From an uncultured Acidobacteriota bacterium (GTDB lineage: Bacteria; Acidobacteriota; UBA4820; DSQY01), in assembly GCA_963772255.1 (NCBI GenBank), contig CAVYWK010000022.1:65388-129387 (forward strand): a stretch of 64,000 bases of DNA, written 5' to 3'. Under the pieces are notes generated by a model. It was not told the DNA's origin. It saw only the letters and a program-made list of their open reading frames with translations, and did not search any database. The position numbers and the translations under genes are program-made. Each line of letters starts with the position of its first letter. Positions within the stretch are counted from its first letter, which is position 1. Positions 46,293-55,050 of this stretch are shown one piece after another.

Positions 46293-47225
46293 TCAGCGGC
46301 CGCCTCGACCGCCTCCGGCTCCGCCGCCTCCGGGGCCGCCGCCAGAGCCACCGGAGCCACCCGATCCCCCGGCGCCGCCGGAACCGCTGCCCCCGCTGCC
46401 CCCGCTCCCTGCCCCAGAAGATCCCGCGCCAGGCGGACCCCAGCCTCTGCCGGGACCTCCCTGCTGGCGGCCCCAGCCCTGTCCCCGACCCGCGCCCGGG
46501 CCCCGAAGACCCGCCTCCTCCGCCCACTGCCGCATGAGCGCCGAAGGCAATGCTCCAGCTCCCACCTGGCGGAACATCGCTTGAAGGACATCCGCATCGG
46601 CCATGCCGCAGCGACGTCCCACGAAGAACGCCGACGGGATGCGCCGGATCTCTTTGTCGTCCAGGGACGCGGGCACGGCACCGAGCACCATCAGGGTGGC
46701 TTTGTCCCCCACTTTCAGGACCCTCAGATGGGCGAGGGCTTCGCTTCCCGCCAGGACGCGTGGGAGCAGGTCGGTTCGGAGCGCTTTCTGGACCGCATCC
46801 AGGTCGGAGGAGGTCACTTCCCCCGTTTCCAGCGTGTCGGCCAGATCTTCCACGGCGCTCCATTCATACCCCGATGGGGAGTCCTTCAACCCCCGCGCCT
46901 TCATCCCGTCCACCAGGAGGCGTGCGGCGCGCGTGTCTTCCACCGCGCCCTCGGCCCGGGCTCGCAGGCCTTCCGACGAGGCGCCCTTCGAAATGCACTC
47001 CACCATGCGCTCCACGAAGCGCTCCGTGGGAAGCCCTTCGGCCTCGAGCACGTCCAGGCTCGACAGGGCCGGGATGAGGGCGGACTCGGGCGTGGAGGCG
47101 CGCTGGGCCGCGGCCAGGATGCGGCCCATGCCGGTCTGGGGAACCTCGGCGGGCTGGGCGAGCGGCGCGGTGACCTGGGCCAAGCCGAGGAAAACAGCGG
47201 CGGTGAACATCCATAGCTTTTTCAT
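46293..47225 (-). CDS. secreted hypothetical protein with a ~90-aa Gly/Ser/Arg-rich C-terminal tail
   Basis: 310 aa with a signal peptide (MKKLWMFTAAVFLGLAQVTAPLA). It is the last gene of the ECF sigma operon. The tail is GPGAGRGQGWGRQQGGPGRGWGPPGAGSSGAGSGGSGG... Confidence 0.55.
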   Translation of the reverse strand: MKKLWMFTAAVFLGLAQVTAPLAQPAEVPQTGMGRILAAAQRASTPESALIPALSSLDVLEAEGLPTERFVERMVECISKGASSEGLRARAEGAVEDTRAARLLVDGMKARGLKDSPSGYEWSAVEDLADTLETGEVTSSDLDAVQKALRTDLLPRVLAGSEALAHLRVLKVGDKATLMVLGAVPASLDDKEIRRIPSAFFVGRRCGMADADVLQAMFRQVGAGALPSALMRQWAEEAGLRGPGAGRGQGWGRQQGGPGRGWGPPGAGSSGAGSGGSGGSGSGGAGGSGGSGGSGGGPGGGGAGGGRGGR

Positions 47226-47226
47226 G

Positions 47227-47829
47227 TCAGAGCCTCAACACGGCATTTTCGTTGCCCATGCCGTCCTGCCTCAGCTCGAGGGCGTTGGGATCCGATTCAT
47301 ATCGCGACCCATCCACCAGAAACAGGTATTCGTGCCGGCCCTGAGGAAGGCTCACCTGGATCGTCCAGATCCCATCCTTGCCACGGTTCATGGGTGCCTT
47401 TTCCGGGTTCCAGTCGTTGAAGGTTCCCACGAGGGAGACGGACTTGGCCTTGGGCGCGTAGAAGACGAAGGTGACGGGCGCCAGTGGCCCGAGGGCGGCC
47501 TGGGGACGGGAGACCATCTTGGCTTTCATGGACGCCGTGTCGCCGGGAGAAGGGACCGCGTGTTGCCCCGCATGGCGCCAGATTCCCCCGAGAATGCCCA
47601 GCAGGACGACAAAAATCGCCGCCCTGTAGGCCCACACCGTTCGAGGCTGCTGCGGGTTGGCCCAGAGGCGGCGCCATTTGGACCTGTGGGGCGGAGGGAG
47701 CTTGGCAAGCCCGGAGGCGACGGTCGAGGCCAGGCTCTCCGGAGGGAGATCCTGCCTCAAGTTGCGGAGGGATTCGCCCAGGGCCCGCAACCCGGGTTCC
47801 TCGGATTCGGATGGTTCCTTGAAGCTCAT
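47227..47829 (-). CDS. single-pass membrane protein, putative anti-sigma factor, with an extracytoplasmic CBM48/AMPK-beta-like (E-set) domain
   Basis: Its ATG overlaps the sigma gene stop (ATGA). It has a TM helix (AAIFVVLLGILGGIW). The C-terminal part is VTFVFYAPKAKSVSLVGTFNDWNPEKAPM..DGIWTIQVSLPQGRHEYLFLVDG. Confidence 0.6.
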   Translation of the reverse strand: MSFKEPSESEEPGLRALGESLRNLRQDLPPESLASTVASGLAKLPPPHRSKWRRLWANPQQPRTVWAYRAAIFVVLLGILGGIWRHAGQHAVPSPGDTASMKAKMVSRPQAALGPLAPVTFVFYAPKAKSVSLVGTFNDWNPEKAPMNRGKDGIWTIQVSLPQGRHEYLFLVDGSRYESDPNALELRQDGMGNENAVLRL

Positions 47830-48398
47830 GTCGCCTCTCCCGATTCCCCGCCCGCCATGCAGTCGCGTAGCAGGGTCAAGCCTCGCTGTATCCTCATCTT
47901 CGCCGCGGAGAGCCCGATGCGGAGCTGGTCCGCCACCTCCTGGAGAGAGAGGTCCTCCTGGTAGCGAAGGAGGAGGGCCGCCCGCAGGGTGCTGGGCACC
48001 CGGCCGAGACATCCCCTCACCTGGGCCTCGTCCTGGGCCGCCATGAGGGTGTCCACCGCGGTGGGCTGGTCAGACGCCATCACGGCCTCCGCATCATCCG
48101 AAAGCGGCCGCTCCCGCTCCCATGCACGCCGGCGCCGCTTGCCCGCATCGTAGCAGACGTTCACGGCGATGCCGCACAGCCAGCTGTAGAAACGCGTCCG
48201 CCCGTCGAATTTGCCCAGGTCCCTGTACGCCCTGAAGAAGGTCTCCTGTACCACATCCGATGCCTCCGAGGGGCCGCCCATCATTTTGAAGGCCAGGTTG
48301 TAAAGGGCCGGAGTGTACGCGTCTACGATGGGCGTGAAGCGGTCCGGTTCCCCGTCCAGCACCCGATCGAGCAACGCCGTCACCACCCGCTCCTCCAT
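47826..48398 (-). CDS. ECF (sigma-70 family group IV) RNA polymerase sigma factor
   Basis: 190 aa. Region 2: YTPALYNLAFKMMGGPSEASDVVQETFFRAY..FYSWLCGIAVN. Region 4: EDLSLQEVADQLRIGLSAAKMRIQRG. Confidence 0.9.
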   Translation of the reverse strand: MEERVVTALLDRVLDGEPDRFTPIVDAYTPALYNLAFKMMGGPSEASDVVQETFFRAYRDLGKFDGRTRFYSWLCGIAVNVCYDAGKRRRRAWERERPLSDDAEAVMASDQPTAVDTLMAAQDEAQVRGCLGRVPSTLRAALLLRYQEDLSLQEVADQLRIGLSAAKMRIQRGLTLLRDCMAGGESGEAT

Positions 48399-48552
48399 CA
48401 GCCCTCCCCCTCCCCCTCATTATTTCCCTTAATCCCCGAAAGGTCACGCTCGCCCGATTCTCGCCGGCCCCTGAGGAAAGAACGGCGGGGGCCCGTGCAT
48501 AATGCCCCGGGCTCCCGCCTTAGGAAGAGGCGAAAGCTGAAAGGAAGAAAGG

Positions 48553-49308
48553 TCAGTCCAGCCAGAGGGGAACACCCTGGTCGTCGCGGAGCTGGAGCAC
48601 CTCGCCCGTGGGCCGGGTCACCGAGAAGGCGACCCATTTGCCCTGGCAGAGGGCCATGCGGATCCGGACCGTCTCGCCCACCTGGAAGGTGAAGCCGTTC
48701 TGCGTCATGTACCAGTAGGGCCCCACGGACACGGTGTAGGAGATTCCCGCGCCCGTCTGCAAGGTCAGGGTGTTGTTGTGTGTGCCCAGCCCGCAGTTCA
48801 CGGCCGCGAGAGGGCCTTCCACCTCCATGAGGGTGGAAAGGTCCACGCTGAGGCCGGCGCCGTATCCGCCCATGCGGTGCCCGTTGCCGTTGTGGCCGCC
48901 GCCGTAGCCGTTCCCTCGCCCGTTCCCGCCCGTCCAGAGCGGGAGACCGTCGTCGCTCCGCAAGCTGATCTGTTTGCCCGTAGTCAGGTCGGTCACCTCG
49001 AAGGCCACCACTCCCATGGCACAGTTCGCCACCTTGGCGCTCACCTGGTCACCCACGGCCAGCGAGAAGTTGTTGGCCACCAGGTAGAAGTAGGGGCCCA
49101 GATTGACCGTGAGCGCTCCTTCCTGGGTGGAATTCATGGTGAAGCCCGGATGGCTCAGGCCGTAGTCCATCGCCACCGCCGTCACTTCGCCGGTCACCGT
49201 CCTCACCGTGGAGAGGTCCACCTTGTTGCCACCCTTTTTCTTGGCTCCCGCAAACGCAACCGCCGTCGCCATGATCAGCACCATCGCAATTATTGCCGCT
49301 CGTTTCAT
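48553..49308 (-). CDS. secreted protein made of two homologous ~100-aa domains joined by a Gly/Asn/His-rich linker
   Basis: Starts MKRAAIIAMVL (AAGGAGGA upstream). Both halves share VDLST..GPY(F/W)Y..F(S/T)..VG(D/E)..C..VAF(E/S)VT..TG..L(S/Q)LR(S/D)D(D/Q)G(L/V)PLW. Confidence 0.6.
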   Translation of the reverse strand: MKRAAIIAMVLIMATAVAFAGAKKKGGNKVDLSTVRTVTGEVTAVAMDYGLSHPGFTMNSTQEGALTVNLGPYFYLVANNFSLAVGDQVSAKVANCAMGVVAFEVTDLTTGKQISLRSDDGLPLWTGGNGRGNGYGGGHNGNGHRMGGYGAGLSVDLSTLMEVEGPLAAVNCGLGTHNNTLTLQTGAGISYTVSVGPYWYMTQNGFTFQVGETVRIRMALCQGKWVAFSVTRPTGEVLQLRDDQGVPLWLD

Positions 49309-49436
49309 GCGATCCTCCTTGCCGTCTGGTCCCTCTCGGCGACCGCCCAAGGGCCGCCTCCACCCCGATATTTCCGGCACCGGGGTCGGGGTCACATCGG
49401 GCGGCTTTTCCCCCACCCCGCGATTCGGGGGTTAGC

Positions 49437-49764
49437 CCCCAATTCCGCGATTCGAGCAGGTCAAACGGGTTGAAGGCCTTGCTGGACATGAGCTTGATCA
49501 CCATGCCCCATTCACCAAGCAGGTGAATGGGGCGGTCTCCGAGCCGCATGCTTGCCGAGCAGAAAAGTCCCAAGGGCGGGGTGGGGTCCCCGGCGGGCTT
49601 CGCCCGCGGGGCGGGGAACCCGGAGGGCAACATCCCGGACCGTCTGGCTTCGCCAGCGGTTCGGGAAGTAAACGCATGGGCCCTCCCCGTCTCGGAGACC
49701 GAGCGGAATACACCCGGGACCACCCCTTTTTCCGAAGGCAGAAAATTCAATCGCGGAATTAGGC
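49437..49764 (-). mobile_element. MITE-like element, copy 2 (~328 bp), same family as 27810-28120
   Basis: It has terminal inverted repeats AATTCCGCGATTCGA (49441-49455) and TTCAATCGCGGAATT (49746-49760). The interior aligns with copy 1 in reverse orientation, including the near-terminal hairpin CCCCATTCACC..GGTGAATGGGG. Confidence 0.7.
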
Positions 49765-49813
49765 TTTGCCCCAAGCCTTGCCCCCGAGCGAGCGCCTCTG
49801 ACATAATGAACGC

Positions 49814-51085
49814 ATGCCTGACCTCCACCTGGAAAACCTTTTCGATGGCTCTCCGTCGCATCTCCCGTCCGATCTGTTCGACCGCATGGCTCCCGCCATG
49901 GAGGGCCTGCGCCACGCACTGCTCTCCCTGTCGAAGGATCCCGGCCATCCCTTTCACCACATGCCCCCGTCCCCGGGGGTCGTGCACGCCGTAAGGAGCC
50001 AGGCCAAGGCCCTTCGGAGGGAGGCCAAAATCCTTGTGGTGGTGGGGATCGGTGGGTCGTCGCTGGGGTCCAGGGTCCTGTGCGAACGCCCCGGCGGGGG
50101 CGTCCGGTTCTTCGAGGGTCTGGACCCCCAGAACATCTCCGCGCGACTCGGTGATATTCCGTGGGATCAGGCCGCGCTCAACATCGTTTCAAAGTCCGGG
50201 GGAACGCTCGAGACTCTCGCCAATTCGGCTCTGGCGCTGGAACGGCTCAAGCGGGCCGCTCCCGATCGGTGGCGGCACCGCGTGGTGGTGACGGCGTCTC
50301 CGGGAGAAGGCCGTCTTCAGAAGTGGGCACTGGAGGAGGGCATTCCCACTCTGGACATCCCCCCGGGCGTGGGCGGGCGCTATTCCGTGCTGACGCCGGT
50401 GGGGCTGCTTCCGGCCGCCTTTGATGGCATCGATCCGGCGGCCCTCGTCACGGGAGCGCGGGCGGGCGCCGACAAGGCCCTGCTGCTCCAGGGAGCCGCC
50501 AACCCGGCCCTCACGCTGGCGCTCACGCTCTTTTCTCTTTACTCCCAGGGCAAGCTCGAGGTGGACCTCTGGGGCTATGGGGCCAGGTGTCACCTGCTCG
50601 CCCTGTGGCTCCAACAGCTCTGGGGGGAATCCCTCGGCCGCAGATTGGGCGAGGGCGCCGGAGCGCCGAAGGTCGGCCCCTCTCCGCTGGCATGCCTGGG
50701 GAGCGAGGATCAGCACTCCCTGCTTCAGCTCTTCGTGGATGGTCCGCCCCACCGGTGGGTGCTCCTGCTCACGGCGGACTCGGCGGGGCCAGCGTTCTCG
50801 GCAAGGGCCCGGAGCTTCATCGGCCTCCCCGAGCGAGCGCTCAACGCGGGCTCGGTTCAGCGGGCTCTCTGGCAAGGCACCGGGCGGGCGCTGACGGAGG
50901 CGGGCGTCCCAACGGTGCGTTATGACCTGGGTGAAGCCGACGCTTCGTCCCTCGGGGAGGCGTTCTTCGTCCTCATGGCCGCCACGATTTACACCGCTGC
51001 CCTGTTCGAGATCGACCCCTTCGGCCAACCCGGGGTCGAGGCCGGCAAGCGATTCACCAGGGACTTCCTGGAGTCCGGAGCCTAG
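49814..51085 (+). CDS. pgi: glucose-6-phosphate isomerase (short bacterial/archaeal type)
   Basis: 423 aa with the motifs VVVGIGGSSLGSRVL, SKSGGTLET, GGRYSVLTPVGLLP and EDQHSLLQLF. Confidence 0.85.
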   Translation: MPDLHLENLFDGSPSHLPSDLFDRMAPAMEGLRHALLSLSKDPGHPFHHMPPSPGVVHAVRSQAKALRREAKILVVVGIGGSSLGSRVLCERPGGGVRFFEGLDPQNISARLGDIPWDQAALNIVSKSGGTLETLANSALALERLKRAAPDRWRHRVVVTASPGEGRLQKWALEEGIPTLDIPPGVGGRYSVLTPVGLLPAAFDGIDPAALVTGARAGADKALLLQGAANPALTLALTLFSLYSQGKLEVDLWGYGARCHLLALWLQQLWGESLGRRLGEGAGAPKVGPSPLACLGSEDQHSLLQLFVDGPPHRWVLLLTADSAGPAFSARARSFIGLPERALNAGSVQRALWQGTGRALTEAGVPTVRYDLGEADASSLGEAFFVLMAATIYTAALFEIDPFGQPGVEAGKRFTRDFLESGA

Positions 51086-51103
51086 GCGGACCCATTGGCG
51101 GGT

Positions 51104-54013
51104 TCAGCCTCGGGTGACCACCGCATCCCAGACGCCGACCACCGCCTCCCGATGGCCCATCCAGAGCCTCTCCAAAGTATCGGCGCTCTGGGGTTCCAAG
51201 GCCCCCGAGGGCCGAGGAAGCCAGAGCGCATCCAATTCGGCCAACAGCCCTCTGGGCCAGCCACGGCGGGGGGAGTGCGCGAAGCGGAGGCGGGACCGAT
51301 GCAGGAATCCCTCCATGAATGAGCGGGCCCGGTAGAGAATCTCCCGGTGCTCGGAGGATAGGATGCCGGCCGATTCCAACCTCGCGAGAATCTCCCCGAA
51401 TCCTCCTCCCGCCGGAACGAGCCCCGCCCTGAGTTGGAGAGAGAGGGCGAGGAGGTCCTGGTGGAGCAGCCCCCCCGGCCGAAACTTGAGGGCGCTCTCA
51501 AAATCGGAGGATCCCGATTCGAGGCCTTGGCGCAAACCCAAGAGTTCTTCCATCTCAGGAGGCGTCGCGCGCCGCGGAAGACTCGTCGCCCACACCGCCT
51601 CCAGCGCCTCTCGACCAAGATCCCCGTTGCCCGCCACGGGCCTCGCTTTGAGATAGGAGAGCCGCTCCCAGAGTTGGGCCGGCCCCGCGAAGTAATCCCG
51701 AAGGGCTTGAAGGGACTGGAGGGGCGATCCCGACGCGCCGTAGGGGCGAAGGCGAAAGTCGGTCTCGTAGAGGGAACCGTGCCGGGTGACCGCCGCCAGG
51801 GCGCCGGCCATTTCGCGGAGCAACTGGGCCTCCACCCGGGCCGAGCGCTCCGGGTCATCGTGCAGGACCCAAGCGTTGCGCTTGACGAAGACCAGGTCCA
51901 GGTCGGAGCGGGGGTGCATCTCCCGGAGGCCCAGGCGCCCCAAGCCCAGCAATCCTACGGACTGGACGAGCAACCCGGGCTCCAGTCCCTCTCGGGCCTC
52001 CACCGAAGCGCAGGCCGCGGTGAGCACGGCGGCGCAGGCGCGCTCGGCCAACCCGGAATGGATCTCCTGGGACCAGGCCACCGATTCGCCCAGGACGATC
52101 TCCCGGGCCTGGACCAGTACCATGATCTCCTTCTGCCATCGACGAAGGGCATCGGGGCCCTCCTCCGGGAGTGGCACTCGGCCCAGACGATCGGTGATCT
52201 CCCGCATGGCATCGAACCCGATGAGGCCCACGAGGGCCGGCATCCGGATGAGCGTCTCGGTCAAAGCCTCGCTCTGGTGGGCCAGGCGGAAGAGCATGCG
52301 GGGCAGGCGCGGGCGGTCCAGGAGCGCTTCCAGGGAACCGGGCTCACCGGCCAGAGCCCGGGCGAGCTTGTGCAAGGCCGCCAGTCCCTTGTAGGGGTCC
52401 GCGGTTCGGGCGAATTCTCCCCGCAGCGAATAGTGGATTCGGACCAAGTTCTCCTTCCGCTGGGGCGTGGTGAGGTGAGGCGTGAGCGTGGCGTAGATTC
52501 CCGAGAGCAGGGGTAGAGCCCGCACGGGATCTTGAAACCGCCCCTGCTGCAAGACCGAATACATGCCGTCGGGGGTGAGTATGGACGCCATGCCGTCCCG
52601 GTCCGCGTCCTTGCTCTCCAGTTCCTCCAGGGTGCGCAAGAAGAGGTGGCGCAGTTCCTTCCGGGCCTGGCCCACGGCCGCGAGGGCTTCTCCGGCGGTG
52701 GAAAGATGAAGGAACCGGGAGAGCGGCCCCCAGGACCCCTCCTCCTCGGGCAGCTTGTGGGCCTGCCGCATGTGCTGTACCTGAACCCAGTGTTCGGCCT
52801 GACGGAGCAGGGTGTAGTGCTGGGCAAAGGACGCCTGGCGGGTGGTGGAAACGAGCCCCTTCTGCGCGAGTTTGCTCAGGGCAAGAAGCGTCTGCCCCTC
52901 CCGAACCCATCGGTCCTCGGGGCCGTGGGCAAGCTGGAGGGCCTGGACGGAGAACTCGGCGTCCCTGATTCCGCCGGGGCCCTCTTTCACATCCTCCTTG
53001 GCGGCATGTCCGAGCTTGGCTTCGGCCCTCTGCCTCATGCGGCGGACCTGCTTGGCGATTCCCTCCCACGAGTAGGGCTGGTAGACCACGGGCTCCATGA
53101 GCTTCAGAAAGCGCGCGCCAAGCTCTGGGTCCCCGGCGCAGGGGCGGGCCTTGATCCACGCCTGCCGCTCCCAGAGGTCCGCCCATTCTCGGTAGTAGGC
53201 CAGGGCCCCATCGGCGGCCAGGGTCAACTCTCCGTCACGGCCCCTGGGGCGGAGGTTCAAGTCCACGCGCAGGCACGGCCCATCGGGAGTCATGGTCGTC
53301 AGAAGGGCCACGGCGGCCTGCACCCAGGCGTTGAAGAATGCCCCGTTGGGCCGGCCGAGATCGGTGACGCCCTCGGCCCCGTAGAGGGCGATCAAATCCA
53401 CATCGGAGGCATAGTTCAGTTCCCGCGCTCCGAGCTTGCCGAGGGCGAAGAGGGTCATGCCGCATGGCGCCGGCCGGCCCTCCGGGGTCATGGCCATGGG
53501 GAGGCCCATGCCCTCGCGCAGGGGTTGGTAGGTGAGCGCCAGGCTGCGCTGGATGAGCACATCGGCCAGAGCACTCAGCTCCCGGGTGACCGACTCGAAG
53601 GGTAGGATGCCCAAAACATCTTGCAGAAGGATGCGCGCCGTCTGGAGCGCGCGGAAGGCCGCCAGCGCCGACGCCGTCGAGGGCCAGCGCCCCAGCAGGA
53701 GAAAGCGGGCCAAGGCCTCATCCATGCCCTCGAGCCCCTGTCCATCCGCTGCGCTCACCTGGAAAGACAGGCTGCCCAGCTGTCCCGGGTGACGCAAGAG
53801 CGCAAGAAAGAGGGCCTCACTCGTCCCTGCCAGGTAGAGCAGATGGAGGAAGGACCCGTCGTTCTCCGGTGGCGCCGCGGTGTCAAACCATCTGCCCATG
53901 AGGCTCTTCGCCGCATCCCCATGGGGGAGGCGCTCGCGGTGAGCCATCCACAGCCGCCTCTGGGACGGGGTCCATCGTGGATCGGCGTCGGAGAGGGGAG
54001 AGCGGTGTGGCAT
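51104..54013 (-). CDS. glnE: bifunctional glutamine synthetase adenylyltransferase/adenylyl-removing enzyme
   Basis: This is the inner start of ORF 51104..54238. It has two nucleotidyltransferase modules (YASDVDLIALYG.. and PRSDLDLVFV..), each followed by a GlnE helical domain. The start codon is uncertain. Confidence 0.85.
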   Translation of the reverse strand: MPHRSPLSDADPRWTPSQRRLWMAHRERLPHGDAAKSLMGRWFDTAAPPENDGSFLHLLYLAGTSEALFLALLRHPGQLGSLSFQVSAADGQGLEGMDEALARFLLLGRWPSTASALAAFRALQTARILLQDVLGILPFESVTRELSALADVLIQRSLALTYQPLREGMGLPMAMTPEGRPAPCGMTLFALGKLGARELNYASDVDLIALYGAEGVTDLGRPNGAFFNAWVQAAVALLTTMTPDGPCLRVDLNLRPRGRDGELTLAADGALAYYREWADLWERQAWIKARPCAGDPELGARFLKLMEPVVYQPYSWEGIAKQVRRMRQRAEAKLGHAAKEDVKEGPGGIRDAEFSVQALQLAHGPEDRWVREGQTLLALSKLAQKGLVSTTRQASFAQHYTLLRQAEHWVQVQHMRQAHKLPEEEGSWGPLSRFLHLSTAGEALAAVGQARKELRHLFLRTLEELESKDADRDGMASILTPDGMYSVLQQGRFQDPVRALPLLSGIYATLTPHLTTPQRKENLVRIHYSLRGEFARTADPYKGLAALHKLARALAGEPGSLEALLDRPRLPRMLFRLAHQSEALTETLIRMPALVGLIGFDAMREITDRLGRVPLPEEGPDALRRWQKEIMVLVQAREIVLGESVAWSQEIHSGLAERACAAVLTAACASVEAREGLEPGLLVQSVGLLGLGRLGLREMHPRSDLDLVFVKRNAWVLHDDPERSARVEAQLLREMAGALAAVTRHGSLYETDFRLRPYGASGSPLQSLQALRDYFAGPAQLWERLSYLKARPVAGNGDLGREALEAVWATSLPRRATPPEMEELLGLRQGLESGSSDFESALKFRPGGLLHQDLLALSLQLRAGLVPAGGGFGEILARLESAGILSSEHREILYRARSFMEGFLHRSRLRFAHSPRRGWPRGLLAELDALWLPRPSGALEPQSADTLERLWMGHREAVVGVWDAVVTRG

Positions 54014-54142
54014 GGTTCCAGTGTAATACGACTCGCCCGCCGCGCGGGGCGGGGGCCTTTCACCCAATGTCTTGACGAGGCCCCCGTTCCTTGACAGTGG
54101 ACCGACGCGACCCCTATGCTGGGGTTCCCGGGGGAGGAGAGG

Positions 54143-54502
54143 ATGCCAGCCATTGAACCCGTCGTCCTGGTGCTCACGACCACAGGCTCGGAGGAGCAGG
54201 GCATCAACATCGCGGAGGCGCTTGTAGAGCGCGGCCAATCCGCATGCGTGAACATCGTCAAGAAGATCCGCTCCATCTACCGCTGGAAGGGCGAGATCTG
54301 GGACGATGAGGAATACCTTCTCGTCATCAAGACCCGGGAGAGCTGTTTCGCGCAGGTGCGGGAAACGATCCGCGAACTACACAGCTACGAACTTCCCGAA
54401 GTGCTGTGCGTCCCCGTGACGCTGGCCGATGAGAAGGTCCAGGCCTGGATCGTCGGTGCCACCGGCGGCCATCCCGCCCGCACCGAAAAAGCCGCCGAGT
54501 AA
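54143..54502 (+). CDS. cutA: divalent-cation tolerance protein CutA
   Basis: The pattern VVLVLTTTGSEEQGINIAEALVERGQSACVNIV..IRSIYRWKGEI..EEYLLVIKT..HSYELPEV is present. GGGGAGGAGAGG lies upstream of ATG 54143. Confidence 0.85.
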   Translation: MPAIEPVVLVLTTTGSEEQGINIAEALVERGQSACVNIVKKIRSIYRWKGEIWDDEEYLLVIKTRESCFAQVRETIRELHSYELPEVLCVPVTLADEKVQAWIVGATGGHPARTEKAAE

Positions 54503-54529
54503 TTTACGCGGATTCTTTAGAATGGACAG

Positions 54530-54563
54530 CGGGCCGGGAGAAAACTCCCGGCCCGTTTAGTCT
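54530..54563 (+). terminator. rho-independent terminator of cutA
   Basis: CGGGCCGGGAG aaaa CTCCCGGCCCG followed by TTTAGTCTT. Confidence 0.65.
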
Positions 54564-54612
54564 TCACCGTTCCTTATTCCCACCTACGTACCTACTCACC
54601 TACTCACGCCCT

Positions 54613-54654
54613 TCACACCGCTTCTACCGCCATGGCGACCCCATTTCCTCCCCC
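54613..54654 (-). pseudogene. displaced, diverged copy of the thiolase 3' end ([13 protein letters not shown]-stop)
   Basis: It differs from the in-gene copy (55051-55092, [13 protein letters not shown]-stop) at 12/42 nt. Six of the differences are silent third-position changes. It is followed by a period-8 array (CCTACTCA type, 54581-54610). Confidence 0.8.
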
Positions 54655-54829
54655 CAGGTCGCGCCTCACGCGCTCCCCCAGGGGGCCTCAGCCGGCCCCC
54701 TAGGGCGGGCCCTTCGTGCCCTGTGACCCCCTGCCCTCATGCGGGAAGCCCTTCGCTCGGGGGAACCTCCTCGTTCCCCCGCACCCCCTCGCCGCCTCGG
54801 CGGCAAATCGCCAAGGTCCGCCCGCTGAA
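54655..54829 (-). mobile_element. ~175-bp GC-rich structured element E' (distal copy)
   Basis: It is homologous to 54872-55050. The ~75 nt next to the gene-end copy are near-identical. The remaining ~100 nt are diverged but keep an 8-bp hairpin through a compensatory change. Confidence 0.7.
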
Positions 54830-55050
54830 CTACATCGATTCGATGGCCATGGCGACGCCGTTCCCGCCGCCCAGGCGTCGCGCGCAAGCACGCTCCCCCC
54901 AGGGGGGCTCTGCCGCCCCCCTAGGGCGGATGCTTCGCATCCTGTGACCCCGGGCCCTCCCGTCAGGAGACCTCTGCTCGGGGGAACCTCCTCGTTCCCC
55001 CGCACCCCCTCGCCGCCTCGGCGGCAAATCGCCAAGGTCTGCCCGCTGAA
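54830..55050 (-). mobile_element. second exact copy of the thiolase 3' end (54830-54871) plus ~179-bp structured element E (54872-55050)
   Basis: 54830-54871 is identical (42/42) to 55051-55092. E contains perfect hairpins GGGGGAAC-ctcctc-GTTCCCCC (54980-55001), AGGGGGGC-tctgcc-GCCCCCCT (54901-54922) and GGATGC-ttc-GCATCC (54928-54942). Confidence 0.75.
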
